Assembly: GCA_965261545.1 (NCBI GenBank)
Contig: CBDHDF010000010.1
Location: forward strand, 128,001-192,000
DNA from: Bdellovibrionales bacterium
GTDB taxonomy: Bacteria; Bdellovibrionota; Bdellovibrionia; Bdellovibrionales; UBA1609
Length of the DNA stretch: 64,000 nt
Direction: 5' to 3'
Part shown: in pieces, positions 20,200 through 30,707 of the stretch
Position numbering within the stretch: the first letter of the stretch is position 1
Layout of the letters: each line of letters begins with the position of its first letter
Position numbers and translations under genes: made by a program
Notes under the pieces: generated by a model
What the model was told of the DNA's origin: nothing
Database searches by the model: none
Seen by the model: only the letters and a program-made list of their open reading frames with translations

Positions 20200-21894
20200 A
20201 TGAAGAAAATGATCTTAAAGAAAATAACCTTGAACAAGTGGCTTCTTAGAAACACAAAAATGCCATTGCTCATCCTAGGGGTGATGGTCGCCCTTGCTCA
20301 AGTATGTTTTGTGGCTTATACCCACAATAGATCAAAAGAAACACAAACAAAATCCATCAAAAAGCTTGTCGCCACGGTCATCCAAATTGGAATACATCAA
20401 AAAAACCGCCCTCTCTTAGAATCATCCTTTCAACTGGCCATGGAAGAACTTGGCGTAAGGTCCATGATTTTTTGCGAGGGCACAAGAAAAATATTCCACC
20501 AACCCTTTGGGTTTGGAAATTGCCCCCATAATCTCAAGGAAGGATTTTTTGAATCTGTGATTGAAGTCAATCCCTCTGGATTTAAAGATCATCATTTCTA
20601 TTTTTATGTGGATCGTTTTCACATTGGCCCCTCTCTCATCGCACTGAATGTCATTATCTTAGTATTTTTGTCTATTGTTTTTATTATCATCTATAGGATA
20701 CAAAAACATCTTTCAAAAGATATATTTTTGCCTCTAGAAAGTCACTTGTCTGGAGGAGATGAGATTTATATTGAAGAGCTTGATGCCATTAGAAATAAAT
20801 TTGAAGAATATCGAAAATCCAAAGAGAAGCAAGCTGTGGCGGGGGCCATTATTGAGTACAATATGAGCATTAATCACAACATCAAGTCAATGAAACAGAC
20901 TCTTGATGTGATTATGTCAGGTGAGTTTTCTTCGGAAAGGCAAAAGCAGAGATTTAACCAAGTTTCCAATGATTTTAAGAGGCTTATGGCCAAAATTGCC
21001 GACCAGATACCAGATAGAAATAAAGTAAGCCTTATCACCTCAGACAAAACATTCTTTGAGTACCTTGAAAAGGAGAATGAGAAGACAACAAAGGTATGTG
21101 CCGTTGATGCCTTTGAAATTGCTTGCGAACATAAAAAAATCGAAAAGAAATCTTCTAAAAATGATCTTCGTATTGAAATATCTTACGATGATGAGGTAAA
21201 AAAACTGTATATTGAAGCCGTCGATCCTGAGTTGAGGGGTATTTTTTCAAACTTGATGAACAACTCTATTGAATCTGGAGCCACTCATATTGAGATCAAT
21301 CTACGAAAAGAAGAGACCGACCTTGTAGCAACAATTTTTGATAACGGGAAAGGAATCCCTCAAGACATCAAGGAAAATATATTTCAGCGAGGTTTTAGTT
21401 GGGAAAAAGAAGGTGGAACAGGCTATGGACTCTACCACGCTCAAAGATTTATAAGGTCATGGCATGGAGAGTTTCATCTTCTAGAGAGCAAGAAGGGACG
21501 AACAGAGTTTGAAATCAAACTTCCCATATGGAGCCCCTCCTCCATGGATATTGATTCAGCAGGCCATATCGTGATTTTAGATGACGAAGATTCCGTTCAT
21601 GACCAATGGTTGGAAAAGATGAACTCGATCAATCCAGAAGCCAAGGTTCTTTCTTTTAAAAAGCCCCATGAGTTTCAAGATTGGTTTAACGAAAATGAAA
21701 TCTTCTCCCATTATATCTTCTTTTTTGACAGTGACCTGGGGGAGCATGAAGAAAATGGAGAGCATTTAATAAATGAAATGGGTCTTAACCACATCTCCTA
21801 CCTTGTCACCAACAACTATAATAATCCAAATCTGACAAAATGGTGTGATGAAAGGGCCATTCAAGTCATTCCCAAGGGCTACTTGCTGGGTTAA
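20200..21894 (+). CDS. Membrane sensor histidine kinase with a C-terminal receiver-like domain
   Basis: Two TM segments, H-box-like NHNIKS, N box NLMNNS, DNGKGI, GTGYGL and ILDDE...FDSDLG. Confidence 0.9.
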   Translation: MKKMILKKITLNKWLLRNTKMPLLILGVMVALAQVCFVAYTHNRSKETQTKSIKKLVATVIQIGIHQKNRPLLESSFQLAMEELGVRSMIFCEGTRKIFHQPFGFGNCPHNLKEGFFESVIEVNPSGFKDHHFYFYVDRFHIGPSLIALNVIILVFLSIVFIIIYRIQKHLSKDIFLPLESHLSGGDEIYIEELDAIRNKFEEYRKSKEKQAVAGAIIEYNMSINHNIKSMKQTLDVIMSGEFSSERQKQRFNQVSNDFKRLMAKIADQIPDRNKVSLITSDKTFFEYLEKENEKTTKVCAVDAFEIACEHKKIEKKSSKNDLRIEISYDDEVKKLYIEAVDPELRGIFSNLMNNSIESGATHIEINLRKEETDLVATIFDNGKGIPQDIKENIFQRGFSWEKEGGTGYGLYHAQRFIRSWHGEFHLLESKKGRTEFEIKLPIWSPSSMDIDSAGHIVILDDEDSVHDQWLEKMNSINPEAKVLSFKKPHEFQDWFNENEIFSHYIFFFDSDLGEHEENGEHLINEMGLNHISYLVTNNYNNPNLTKWCDERAIQVIPKGYLLG

Positions 21895-22096
21895 TGGCCT
21901 TATCGTGAGTTGTGGGTATGAGTGGAGAGTGGTGAGTGAGAGTGAGAGCGAATAACCACAATGAGTCAAACAGAAGGAATCAGAATATAGTGAGTCAACA
22001 AAAGCACTTCGTGGGGCCAATAGTAAGGGCGGCAAGGATGGCAAGTGACAAGGGTGGCAAGAGTGATAGTGGTGTGGTCAGCAAGGTGGTAAAATA

Positions 22097-25069
22097 GTGA
22101 TGAAAATAAAGAACCTAAATCCGAGAAACAAGGGATATTTTGCAGTATGCCAGATCATGTCCCCATGGACTGTATTTTCCTGCTTGTTATTTCTTTTGTT
22201 TTCTACGGCATTGGTTGTACAGGCACAAGGTAGAGTGGCCAGTGACAAGGGCATGAATAAAGACGTGGACATGGGAGCGAACAGGGGAATTGGCAAGGGT
22301 GGCAACAAGAATTCTCTGGCTTTGAAAGCCGAAGCATTAGAGCGACAAAGCAAGCCACCTTCAGACAACAAGTCGCCCTTAGACACTGCAAAAAAGTCCG
22401 TGGTTTTACCTAAGCCTTCCCTTCCCCCCAACAAGGTTCTTCAAAATAAAAAAAATAAAGATATGGAGAAGATTAAAATCACTGGCTCACGCATTCAGCG
22501 CATAAACATGGAGGGTTCTTCACCCACCATTGTTTTAAGTCGAGAGGATATGGAGAAAACAGGCTATAATTCCATTGCTGATATTCTGCGTGATATGACG
22601 GTGAGTTCCTTTGGGTCGCTACGTGAGTCTCCTGGCAGCACTTCATCGGGTGTAGCTCTCATCAATCTAAGAGGTCTTGGGGCTGATAGAACTCTTGTTT
22701 TGATGGATGGGAAGAGGGTGCAAAGAGACCCTCTTAAAAATGCCGTGGACCTAAACCTCATTTCTTTGGCTGCGGTGGAGAGAATCGAAATTTTAAAAGA
22801 CAGTGCCTCAGCCATTTATGGGTCTGAAGCCCTTGGAGGTGTTGTTAATATTATCACCCGGAAAAACTTTAGTGGCCATGAAGCCTCAGTGAAACAACTT
22901 ATCAGTGAAGGCTCTGGCGGAAATCAGACCGAGGTGGGCCTAACCTCTGGAGCTTCTTCTGGGCGATGGAGTGCCACGGGAATCTTGCACCATAGAAGCA
23001 ATGAAGCCATTTATGATATTGACCGCAAGTACTCTCGGTTAAGATTGAGTCCCTTAAGCTCTCCTGCAACATTTCGAGTTTTAAAATCAGACAAAAAAAC
23101 CTCCTACACAGAAGCGGACGGAAAAACACTTGCGTTTCGCTCTCGCCCACAGGCGTCCCCAAGTTGCCCCACGGATAGAGTTGCCAGAGGATATGGGGGA
23201 ACTGTTTGCCAAGCCAATTATGCAAGCCATCTCACAAACCGCCCTAGCTTGGAGCAAACCAGTGCTATGCTCAACACAAACTTTCAAGTTAGAGATGACG
23301 TGAACACCTTCTTTCGCCTCCATGGTGCCTTCCGAAATGTTCAATGGGCCTATTCCCCCACTCCCATTGGTTCTTTTTCAGGACATGGCATTTCGGGGAG
23401 ACAAGCCAAAATATACGCCATGGAAGACCCCCAGCTAAAGAAAATTTTTGAAGGTTTGAGAGATGATGATTTTGTAGAGGTGAACAGCCGCCTCATGGAG
23501 CTAGGAGACCGTCAATCGGATATTACCACCCACCAATATGGTACATTGGCAGGGGTGACATTGGAAAAGGGAGATACTTGGGAGATCGAAATTTCTGCTG
23601 GCTACAACCAGAGTTTTACCAAGAATGTGGGAGCCAATGGATATGCTCGCTCTCATGAAGTTCAACAACGACTTGATACAACAGGCTTCAATCCATTTGC
23701 CTCTCCAGGAACAAGGGGAGACCTTTCAGAGTTAAATTATCAGACTTGGACCACGTCCATGACAAGCTTGATTTTGGCTGAAGTTTCGGCCACGGGAGAT
23801 ATTTTTCAAATGCCATCGGGTCCCGTGGGGTTGGCCATTGGAACTCAAGCCCACAGGGAAGCTTTTCGTATAGACTCCGATGAAGCCACTAAAAATGATG
23901 AAATCATAGGAGCTGCTGGAGGAAAACTTGACGGGTCTCGTAATGTTGTGTCTGGCTATATGGAGCTATCACTTCCCTTGCTGCCAAGTGTGGAGTGGAG
24001 CCTCTCAAGCCGCTATGATGCTTATTCTGATTTTGGTCAAGCCTTTAGTCCTAAGACAAATATTCGTTGGCAGGTATCTCCCAAAGTCATGGTTCGCTCA
24101 TCCATAGGAAGAGGTTTTAAAGCACCCAACATGGATGATCTCTATAAAGAAGGTTCCCATGGCTTTCAAACTTTTATAGATCATGTGCTTTGCCAAAAAA
24201 GTGGTGGCAGTAGTGGAGGTGGTGGAAGCAATAGAAGTGGGGGAGGTGGCAGCAGTAGCGGAAGTGCTTGCCGCCCTCACCAGTGGAAGGTCATAAGCCA
24301 TGGCAATACCAACCTTAAGGAGGAAAGGTCTTTATCTGCAAGCCTTGGGGCCTTTGTGGAGCTTACCCATGGCATCGAGTTTGGCATTGATGGTTGGTAC
24401 TTGAAGTTAGAAAACGAGGTGGGGCTTCAGTTTGACGATATGACAATGGCTGAACATCGTTTTGGGTCCCAATATCTTCAAGGTTTTGGCATTCATGTGG
24501 AGCGTGACCCATCCACAGGCCAAATCAAAAAAGTCATAGCTCCCCACCAAAATCTTTCAAAAAGAGAGTTGAGTGGGGTCGATCTTGTTACAGAAGTTTT
24601 TAAAAGCACGAAGTGGGGTGATATTGCTCTTGCAGTCCAACACTCCCATTTGCTTTACAACAAAACTGTTGGCTTTTCTGGCTTAGAGAAACAAGATACA
24701 TTGGGTCACTATGGCTTGCCTCCATGGAGAAATGTTGTTTCCCTGACATATTCTCCAAGCCACTCAACGGGAATTCGTATGAGAGGGTCAAGCGACCATC
24801 AAACGGGAACATTGGTAGCAAGAACCGTGGCCCCTCATCAAAAGCGTAGCTCCAAGGCTGGCAATCACAAGCAATATACAGAGCTAGACCTTCAATACAC
24901 ATATAACGGCTTATGGGGAGGCTCTGGCAGCATCTCCATGGGAATTCGCAACATATTGGCAACCACGCCCCCCGTGGATGACAGCAACCCAAGCCTCCCC
25001 CAAATGCACTCGTCTTTGTACGACGGAAATGGCCGCATGGGATGGCTGCAATATAAGTATTTGTTTTAG
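22097..25069 (+). CDS. TonB-dependent receptor
   Basis: EKIKITGSRI TonB box, NLRGLG..RTLVL.DG, ERIEILKD.ASAIYGSEALGGVVNII and a terminal F. Confidence 0.93.
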   Translation: MMKIKNLNPRNKGYFAVCQIMSPWTVFSCLLFLLFSTALVVQAQGRVASDKGMNKDVDMGANRGIGKGGNKNSLALKAEALERQSKPPSDNKSPLDTAKKSVVLPKPSLPPNKVLQNKKNKDMEKIKITGSRIQRINMEGSSPTIVLSREDMEKTGYNSIADILRDMTVSSFGSLRESPGSTSSGVALINLRGLGADRTLVLMDGKRVQRDPLKNAVDLNLISLAAVERIEILKDSASAIYGSEALGGVVNIITRKNFSGHEASVKQLISEGSGGNQTEVGLTSGASSGRWSATGILHHRSNEAIYDIDRKYSRLRLSPLSSPATFRVLKSDKKTSYTEADGKTLAFRSRPQASPSCPTDRVARGYGGTVCQANYASHLTNRPSLEQTSAMLNTNFQVRDDVNTFFRLHGAFRNVQWAYSPTPIGSFSGHGISGRQAKIYAMEDPQLKKIFEGLRDDDFVEVNSRLMELGDRQSDITTHQYGTLAGVTLEKGDTWEIEISAGYNQSFTKNVGANGYARSHEVQQRLDTTGFNPFASPGTRGDLSELNYQTWTTSMTSLILAEVSATGDIFQMPSGPVGLAIGTQAHREAFRIDSDEATKNDEIIGAAGGKLDGSRNVVSGYMELSLPLLPSVEWSLSSRYDAYSDFGQAFSPKTNIRWQVSPKVMVRSSIGRGFKAPNMDDLYKEGSHGFQTFIDHVLCQKSGGSSGGGGSNRSGGGGSSSGSACRPHQWKVISHGNTNLKEERSLSASLGAFVELTHGIEFGIDGWYLKLENEVGLQFDDMTMAEHRFGSQYLQGFGIHVERDPSTGQIKKVIAPHQNLSKRELSGVDLVTEVFKSTKWGDIALAVQHSHLLYNKTVGFSGLEKQDTLGHYGLPPWRNVVSLTYSPSHSTGIRMRGSSDHQTGTLVARTVAPHQKRSSKAGNHKQYTELDLQYTYNGLWGGSGSISMGIRNILATTPPVDDSNPSLPQMHSSLYDGNGRMGWLQYKYLF

Positions 25070-25299
25070 TTTTGCGATTTGTCTGGAGAGGACATCCTCA
25101 TAAGGATTGGGCCTAGCTTACAAATTTTTTGACTTCCCAACAGCCCATTGGACTCGTAGGTGGAGAGAAATTTCAAGGCTACTTTTAGGGGTTGAATATA
25201 AAGATGGAGTCATGGTAACCAATGAAAATCAAGGATAAGAGGTTCGTAGCTATATAGATCAGCCACAACTTTTCAAAATAACACGTATTAAGGAAAATT

Positions 25300-27807
25300 A
25301 TGGCCAAAAAAAGAATACTTAATTTTCAATTAAAATTATTTTACAGCTATTCTCATGAAGATAAACAGCATAAAAATGATATGGAGAAAGCACTTGCTAT
25401 TCTTAAAAGAGATAAGCTACTCAATGAGTGGTCTGACAAAGAAATTTTACCGGGTCAATTAATTTCTAAGGAAATAAAAAAGAATATGAGAGAAGCAGAT
25501 ATTATTGTATTTCTCTTTAGTCAAAATTTTATCGCTTCTCAAGAATGTATGAACGAGTGGGAAGAGGCAAAAAAAATTTCTCTAGATAAAAAAAAATTTT
25601 TCCGAGTTCCAGTTATTCTATGTGATTGTCCATGGAAAGATATATTAAAAGATGATAACATCAAATCATTACCGAATGATGGGAATCCAGTTGCCAATTT
25701 TTCCAACAAAGAAACTGCATGGAATCAGATTTATGAAGGCATCAAGAATATCATTAACGAACTAAGAAGTGATTTTACTCCTAATGAAAATTTTTTAAAA
25801 GAAATAGAGAAAACTGATTTTTTATCTGAGAGTCAAATTAAATTAAAAAATATTTTTATATTCTTGCCATTGTTGAATTATAGACAAGATCAAGAATATA
25901 GTCAATTAAGAGAAGAAAGAACTACAAGCCAAGGCCGTTTAAGAGAAGAAAGAATTACAAGCCAAGACCAGCTGTTTAATAAAAAGTATACCATCATCCA
26001 TGGCGAAGAGATGAGTGGGAAAACTGCTCTTAGTAGGTATTTATTTCTCTGTTTAGTTGAACAGTTAGTTCCTGTTCTGCATATAAATATGGATGATATA
26101 CCCAAGCAAGTTTTGCAAGTGGATTTTCTAAAAAAAGTATATCAAGATCAATTTAATGGAGACTATGACCTATGGGTGAAAAAAGATAAGAAAGTTCTCA
26201 TATTAGATGATTTACATTGCAAATCAAATATGATTGATTTCGTTATTCAATCAAAAGATATTTTTGATAAAATAATTATAATGGTATCATCAGATATTTT
26301 TAATTCGTTTTTTAAAGATGAATCTCGACTGGCTGATTTCCATCAATTAGAAATCCAACCAATGGGACATCAACAACAAGAAAATTTAATTAAAAAAAGA
26401 TTAAAGTTATCCGATATGAAAGCAGAAGATGGACTTATAGATCAAATAGAAGAACGTGTAAATTCCATAATTATATTTAATAAATTTGTTCCAAGATATC
26501 CATTCTTTGTATTATCTATCCTCCAAACCTATGAAGCGTTTATGCCTAATAACATGTCTATAACTTCTTATGGACATTGCTATAACGCTTTAATTATTTC
26601 GTTCCTTATTAAGTCTGGGGTCCAAGAAAGCGATAAGGATATTAATACGTGTTTTAATTTTCTTGAAAACTTAGCATTTAAAACATACAAAAATAATAAC
26701 AAAATACATTTTGATAATTTTATTCGTGAATATGATAACCAATTTATTATTGCAGATTCAATAATTAATAGGTTAAAAAGCAATGAATATGGAGTTCTTA
26801 ATGAAGAAGGTTCTTTCAAGAAAAAATATATTTATTATTTTTTTCTTGGAAGATTTCTTTCTAAAAATAAAGAATACGAAAAAATAATTGAAAATATGTG
26901 CGAAAAAAGTTATTTAACATCAAACTATTTGACTCTTCTTTTTATTATTCATCATACAGATGATGATAAAATAATAGATGATATTCTTCTTAGAACTATG
27001 TGTACAATAGATTCTGTCGAGCCAGCAACTCTGGATTGCAAAGAAACAAAGAGATTTGACAAAATTCTTAAAACATGTCAAAAAAACATACTTTCCAAAG
27101 GTAGTGTTTCAAGTGAAAGAAGAAGAGAGAGAGAGAATCGAGACATAAGTGACCGATCAGAAATTAAGAACGAAAAAATAGAAGATGACGATCCTTGTAA
27201 TTATATTTATAGGATTTTTAAAAACAATGAAATTATAGGGCAAGTTTTAAGAAACAAATATGGGAGTATGAAAAGAAAGCAAATTGAAGATATAATTGAG
27301 ATAATTGGAGATAGTGGTTTGCGTCTCATTAATATAATTCTCAAAGATAAAGAAGAGATAGACGAAGTTGCATTATGCATTAAAAAGAGGGGGACTGATA
27401 TTAGTGTTAACAAGATAAAGAAAGAACTCCAATTTTTTTCTTTCATATGGGCAATGTTAAATATTGAAAAAATTGTTAGATCTATAAATATTCCTGAGAT
27501 TAAAGAGGCTATAGATCATGTTGTATCCAAAAAATCAACTTCAGCATATGATCTTATTGGATACTTCAACCAACTAGATAGGTCAGAGTCATTTGGGGAG
27601 AGAGAAAAGAAGGCTTTAAGTAGTTTACTCAAAAAACATGATAATAATAATTTTATTAAAAAAGTAATTTCTCTAAGAACACAACACTATATGAATACAC
27701 ATAGAACCAAAGAGCCTATACAACAAGGAGTTTGTTCTTTACTGAATATCAAGTATACCCAAAGGGCCCTCCATCAAATTGAAGAAAAGGTTAGGGAGTG
27801 TCGTTAG
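25300..27807 (+). CDS. TIR domain + STAND-like P-loop NTPase (putative antiphage protein)
   Basis: TIR: FYSYSHED...ADIIVFLFS..FIASQECMNEW. Walker A GEEMSGKT, Walker B VLILDD. Very AT-rich. Confidence 0.8.
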   Translation: MAKKRILNFQLKLFYSYSHEDKQHKNDMEKALAILKRDKLLNEWSDKEILPGQLISKEIKKNMREADIIVFLFSQNFIASQECMNEWEEAKKISLDKKKFFRVPVILCDCPWKDILKDDNIKSLPNDGNPVANFSNKETAWNQIYEGIKNIINELRSDFTPNENFLKEIEKTDFLSESQIKLKNIFIFLPLLNYRQDQEYSQLREERTTSQGRLREERITSQDQLFNKKYTIIHGEEMSGKTALSRYLFLCLVEQLVPVLHINMDDIPKQVLQVDFLKKVYQDQFNGDYDLWVKKDKKVLILDDLHCKSNMIDFVIQSKDIFDKIIIMVSSDIFNSFFKDESRLADFHQLEIQPMGHQQQENLIKKRLKLSDMKAEDGLIDQIEERVNSIIIFNKFVPRYPFFVLSILQTYEAFMPNNMSITSYGHCYNALIISFLIKSGVQESDKDINTCFNFLENLAFKTYKNNNKIHFDNFIREYDNQFIIADSIINRLKSNEYGVLNEEGSFKKKYIYYFFLGRFLSKNKEYEKIIENMCEKSYLTSNYLTLLFIIHHTDDDKIIDDILLRTMCTIDSVEPATLDCKETKRFDKILKTCQKNILSKGSVSSERRRERENRDISDRSEIKNEKIEDDDPCNYIYRIFKNNEIIGQVLRNKYGSMKRKQIEDIIEIIGDSGLRLINIILKDKEEIDEVALCIKKRGTDISVNKIKKELQFFSFIWAMLNIEKIVRSINIPEIKEAIDHVVSKKSTSAYDLIGYFNQLDRSESFGEREKKALSSLLKKHDNNNFIKKVISLRTQHYMNTHRTKEPIQQGVCSLLNIKYTQRALHQIEEKVRECR

Positions 27808-28204
27808 TCGAGGTGAAGGGAGAACTATTGTCAGCTAGGCTGTGAAGCGGAAAAGGCTGCTCCCATCAGGCTAGTCGTAAACACCGAGGGGGATTGGATC
27901 ACAGGTGCTACAACAATGGTCAGCCTCACGGAGTAAATTTAGGTTCACTGCCGCACAGACGCAGCTTAGAAATCACAGCACCACCGAATTCCCACAAATG
28001 GCCTGGTTTAACCCGCCCATCGAGGATTATTCGGGTCTTGAGGGTTCATCGCAATACTGTGAAGAAATATCTTCTACACTTTTTTCCAACCAAGCCCGGA
28101 TGGGTTGGCACACCTTAGAGTCTTTAAAAAACCTGAAGGGGTAAACATTCACAAAAGTTGAAGTTGGGGTTACCCCCTCCGTAACTGGCTCGGACTTACA
28201 CCAA

Positions 28205-28402
28205 CTAAAAAGACTCTGTTCTGCTCCCATTCTTCTCTTCCGAGTCACTAAGCAAAGCATCTGTGAACTTAGTGGTTGGAGTTAAGCCACGAAGGATTTG
28301 CTTTGTGGCTGCCTCTTGGAAGAATTGAAAAACTTCTATAGCAGAAAAGCACATAAAAACCCAAAATAAAGTGCCTACAATTAAATCAGTTAATGCTTTC
28401 AT
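28205..28402 (-). CDS. Small membrane protein of integrase module 1
   Basis: GGAGGT RBS and an N-terminal TM segment; second copy at 52726-52926. Confidence 0.65.
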   Translation of the reverse strand: MKALTDLIVGTLFWVFMCFSAIEVFQFFQEAATKQILRGLTPTTKFTDALLSDSEEKNGSRTESF

Positions 28403-28567
28403 AATAATACCTCCATTTATGGCTTAAGTTGAATCCTCACTCTCTGGCCCCCGATGGGCGGATCAAAACCATCCATTTGTGGGCTAACAAAACCATCCAT
28501 TTAAAAACTTAATATCTGACAAGGCGTATTATAGAATACTTCCTAGAAAACAACCTGGGAGGGAAGG

Positions 28568-30664
28568 ATGAACGTCTTGAATAAACAAAAACAAGAAGAG
28601 ATATTAACATTAATTATAGCAGGTCGCTCCTTTCGTGAAATAGCGAAAAGGCTACATGTCAGTCGATTTACAGTTTCAGAATATGCTAAAGCCCATAGTG
28701 TCATTGCGAAAAAAGGGCGCACAGGAGGTGTGGAGCCAAAGTCTCTACCTTTTTCAGGTCCCCCTGAAGCAGAACCATCATCTTCAGGGTCCCTTGAGGT
28801 TTGCTCTGTAGAGTCTTCAAGTGCTTCTGTAATCCAGATCCAAGAGCCCGATGAAGTTTCGGTTTCCTCTACAGAGGCCAATCAGCGGACACTCCTTGGG
28901 GAATCAGGCCTAACACCAGTAGAATCTCATTCAGCACCCCCTGTGGAGCCATGCTCAACTTCTTTGGCCGTGTCTGATTTGGTTAGCATGGGCCCCAGTG
29001 TTTGCCAAAAGCCCCCATCTCCAACCACCACCATGGTGGAAACGAATTTAGCTGCTCCTACAGAAACTGGATCCACCGACTGTGTAGCTCATTTAATCGA
29101 ACGAGACAAGCCAGTTCCACCCTCACCTATGGATACAAAGCAGGCTTTTGCCAATGAAAAGCCACCTACTCTTTCTTCTTCGGAATTAGGTTTTGTTGTC
29201 CCCATGGAAGTAACAAAACCCTTTGAGACAGCACCACCTGAATTGAAAAAGTCTCTTACTGACCAGGCTTCCCCAAAGCACCCTCAACAATCTTCCTACC
29301 ATCAGTCGGCTTGTGAGCCCCACAGGGTTTGGATTGAAAATCAGGCTTTGAACTTAGAGCGCAATCGAATGGCCATCTACCAAGATTTGGTGGAGAAATT
29401 TGGTTTTTCTCACTCCTACGACAGCGTGAAAAAATTTGTAAGGAAGCTGAAGAAGAGTACCCCCAAACGCTATGATCGCTTGGATTTTCCCCCCGGAGAG
29501 GAAGCCCAAGTGGATTATGGCCAAGGGGCTCTGACTATTCACCCCCGGACAGGCAAATATAGGCGGCCTCGCCTTTTTGTGATGACCCTCAAGTACTCTC
29601 GTGCCTCTTTTCGCAAGGTTGTTTGGAAGTCCAGCCAAGAGACGTGGAGCAGACTCCATGAGGAGGCTTTTCATTATTTTTTGGGCTGCCCTCAATATGT
29701 CGTCTTAGACAATCTCAAGGAAGGTGTTATTAAGCCAGATATCTATGAGCCAACGCTGAACGCCGTTTATAGCGCTGTACTGACTCACTACGGGGTCGTT
29801 GCTGACCCGGCAAGAGTTCGTGATCCTGATAGGAAAGGAACCGTTGAGCACGCCATTCACCACACCCAAGACACAGCACTGAAGGGTCGTTCATTTAAAA
29901 CCATTGAGGAGCAAAATGAGTGGCTCATGCACTGGGAGCACACTTGGGCTCGCCCTCGAGTCCATGGTCGCACCAAGCGGGTCGTTTCTGAGATGTTTGA
30001 AGAAGAGAGCCCCTTTCTCAAAAAGCTCCCCCAAAAGAAATTTGATTTTTTTAAACAAGAGATACGAACAGTTGCAGACGATGGGCTCATTCAAGTGGGA
30101 AACAGTTACTATTGCGCCTACCCTTCTGATCTAAAGAGCCAAGTCATTGTGCGTATTTATGATAAAGACATAGAGATTATGGACCCTGCCACGATGAGTG
30201 TGATCCGCCGCCACCAAAAAGCCACTCTCCCGGGGAGTCTCTCTTTGCTAGACAAAGATCGTGTTTATAATCCATCTCGCCATGTAGAAAATATTTTAGC
30301 TGATGCGGGTCAGATTGGCCCTCAAACAAAAGCTTTTTGTCAGTCATTACTCAGGGTGGATGAGAGAGTTGGAAACAGGCAGATGCGTGGGGTGGTGTCC
30401 TTGGCTAAAAAATATCACTCTGATCTTATTGAAAAAGCAGCCATTCAGGCTGTGAGCAGAGGGGTCTTATCTCTTAGGGTCTTTAAAAGGCTTGTTGAGG
30501 AACTACAGCCCCCTGTGGATGAGAAAAAGATGGAATCCCACCTCACCCAAGACCACGACATCATTCGACCACCATCCGAGTATGCCATCTACTGGGATTT
30601 ACATGCCAACAACGAAATCCACCACTCACCCTTACACCCTCAGCCTAGCACCAACCTTACTTAA
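28568..30664 (+). CDS. istA: IstA transposase with a long S/T/P-rich linker
   Basis: HTH, PGEEAQVDYG, LDNLKEGV and KGTVE. Confidence 0.92.
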   Translation: MNVLNKQKQEEILTLIIAGRSFREIAKRLHVSRFTVSEYAKAHSVIAKKGRTGGVEPKSLPFSGPPEAEPSSSGSLEVCSVESSSASVIQIQEPDEVSVSSTEANQRTLLGESGLTPVESHSAPPVEPCSTSLAVSDLVSMGPSVCQKPPSPTTTMVETNLAAPTETGSTDCVAHLIERDKPVPPSPMDTKQAFANEKPPTLSSSELGFVVPMEVTKPFETAPPELKKSLTDQASPKHPQQSSYHQSACEPHRVWIENQALNLERNRMAIYQDLVEKFGFSHSYDSVKKFVRKLKKSTPKRYDRLDFPPGEEAQVDYGQGALTIHPRTGKYRRPRLFVMTLKYSRASFRKVVWKSSQETWSRLHEEAFHYFLGCPQYVVLDNLKEGVIKPDIYEPTLNAVYSAVLTHYGVVADPARVRDPDRKGTVEHAIHHTQDTALKGRSFKTIEEQNEWLMHWEHTWARPRVHGRTKRVVSEMFEEESPFLKKLPQKKFDFFKQEIRTVADDGLIQVGNSYYCAYPSDLKSQVIVRIYDKDIEIMDPATMSVIRRHQKATLPGSLSLLDKDRVYNPSRHVENILADAGQIGPQTKAFCQSLLRVDERVGNRQMRGVVSLAKKYHSDLIEKAAIQAVSRGVLSLRVFKRLVEELQPPVDEKKMESHLTQDHDIIRPPSEYAIYWDLHANNEIHHSPLHPQPSTNLT

Positions 30665-30707
30665 TCCACCCCCCCAACCCCTCTTCTAGAGGAAAGGAGC
30701 AATCACA

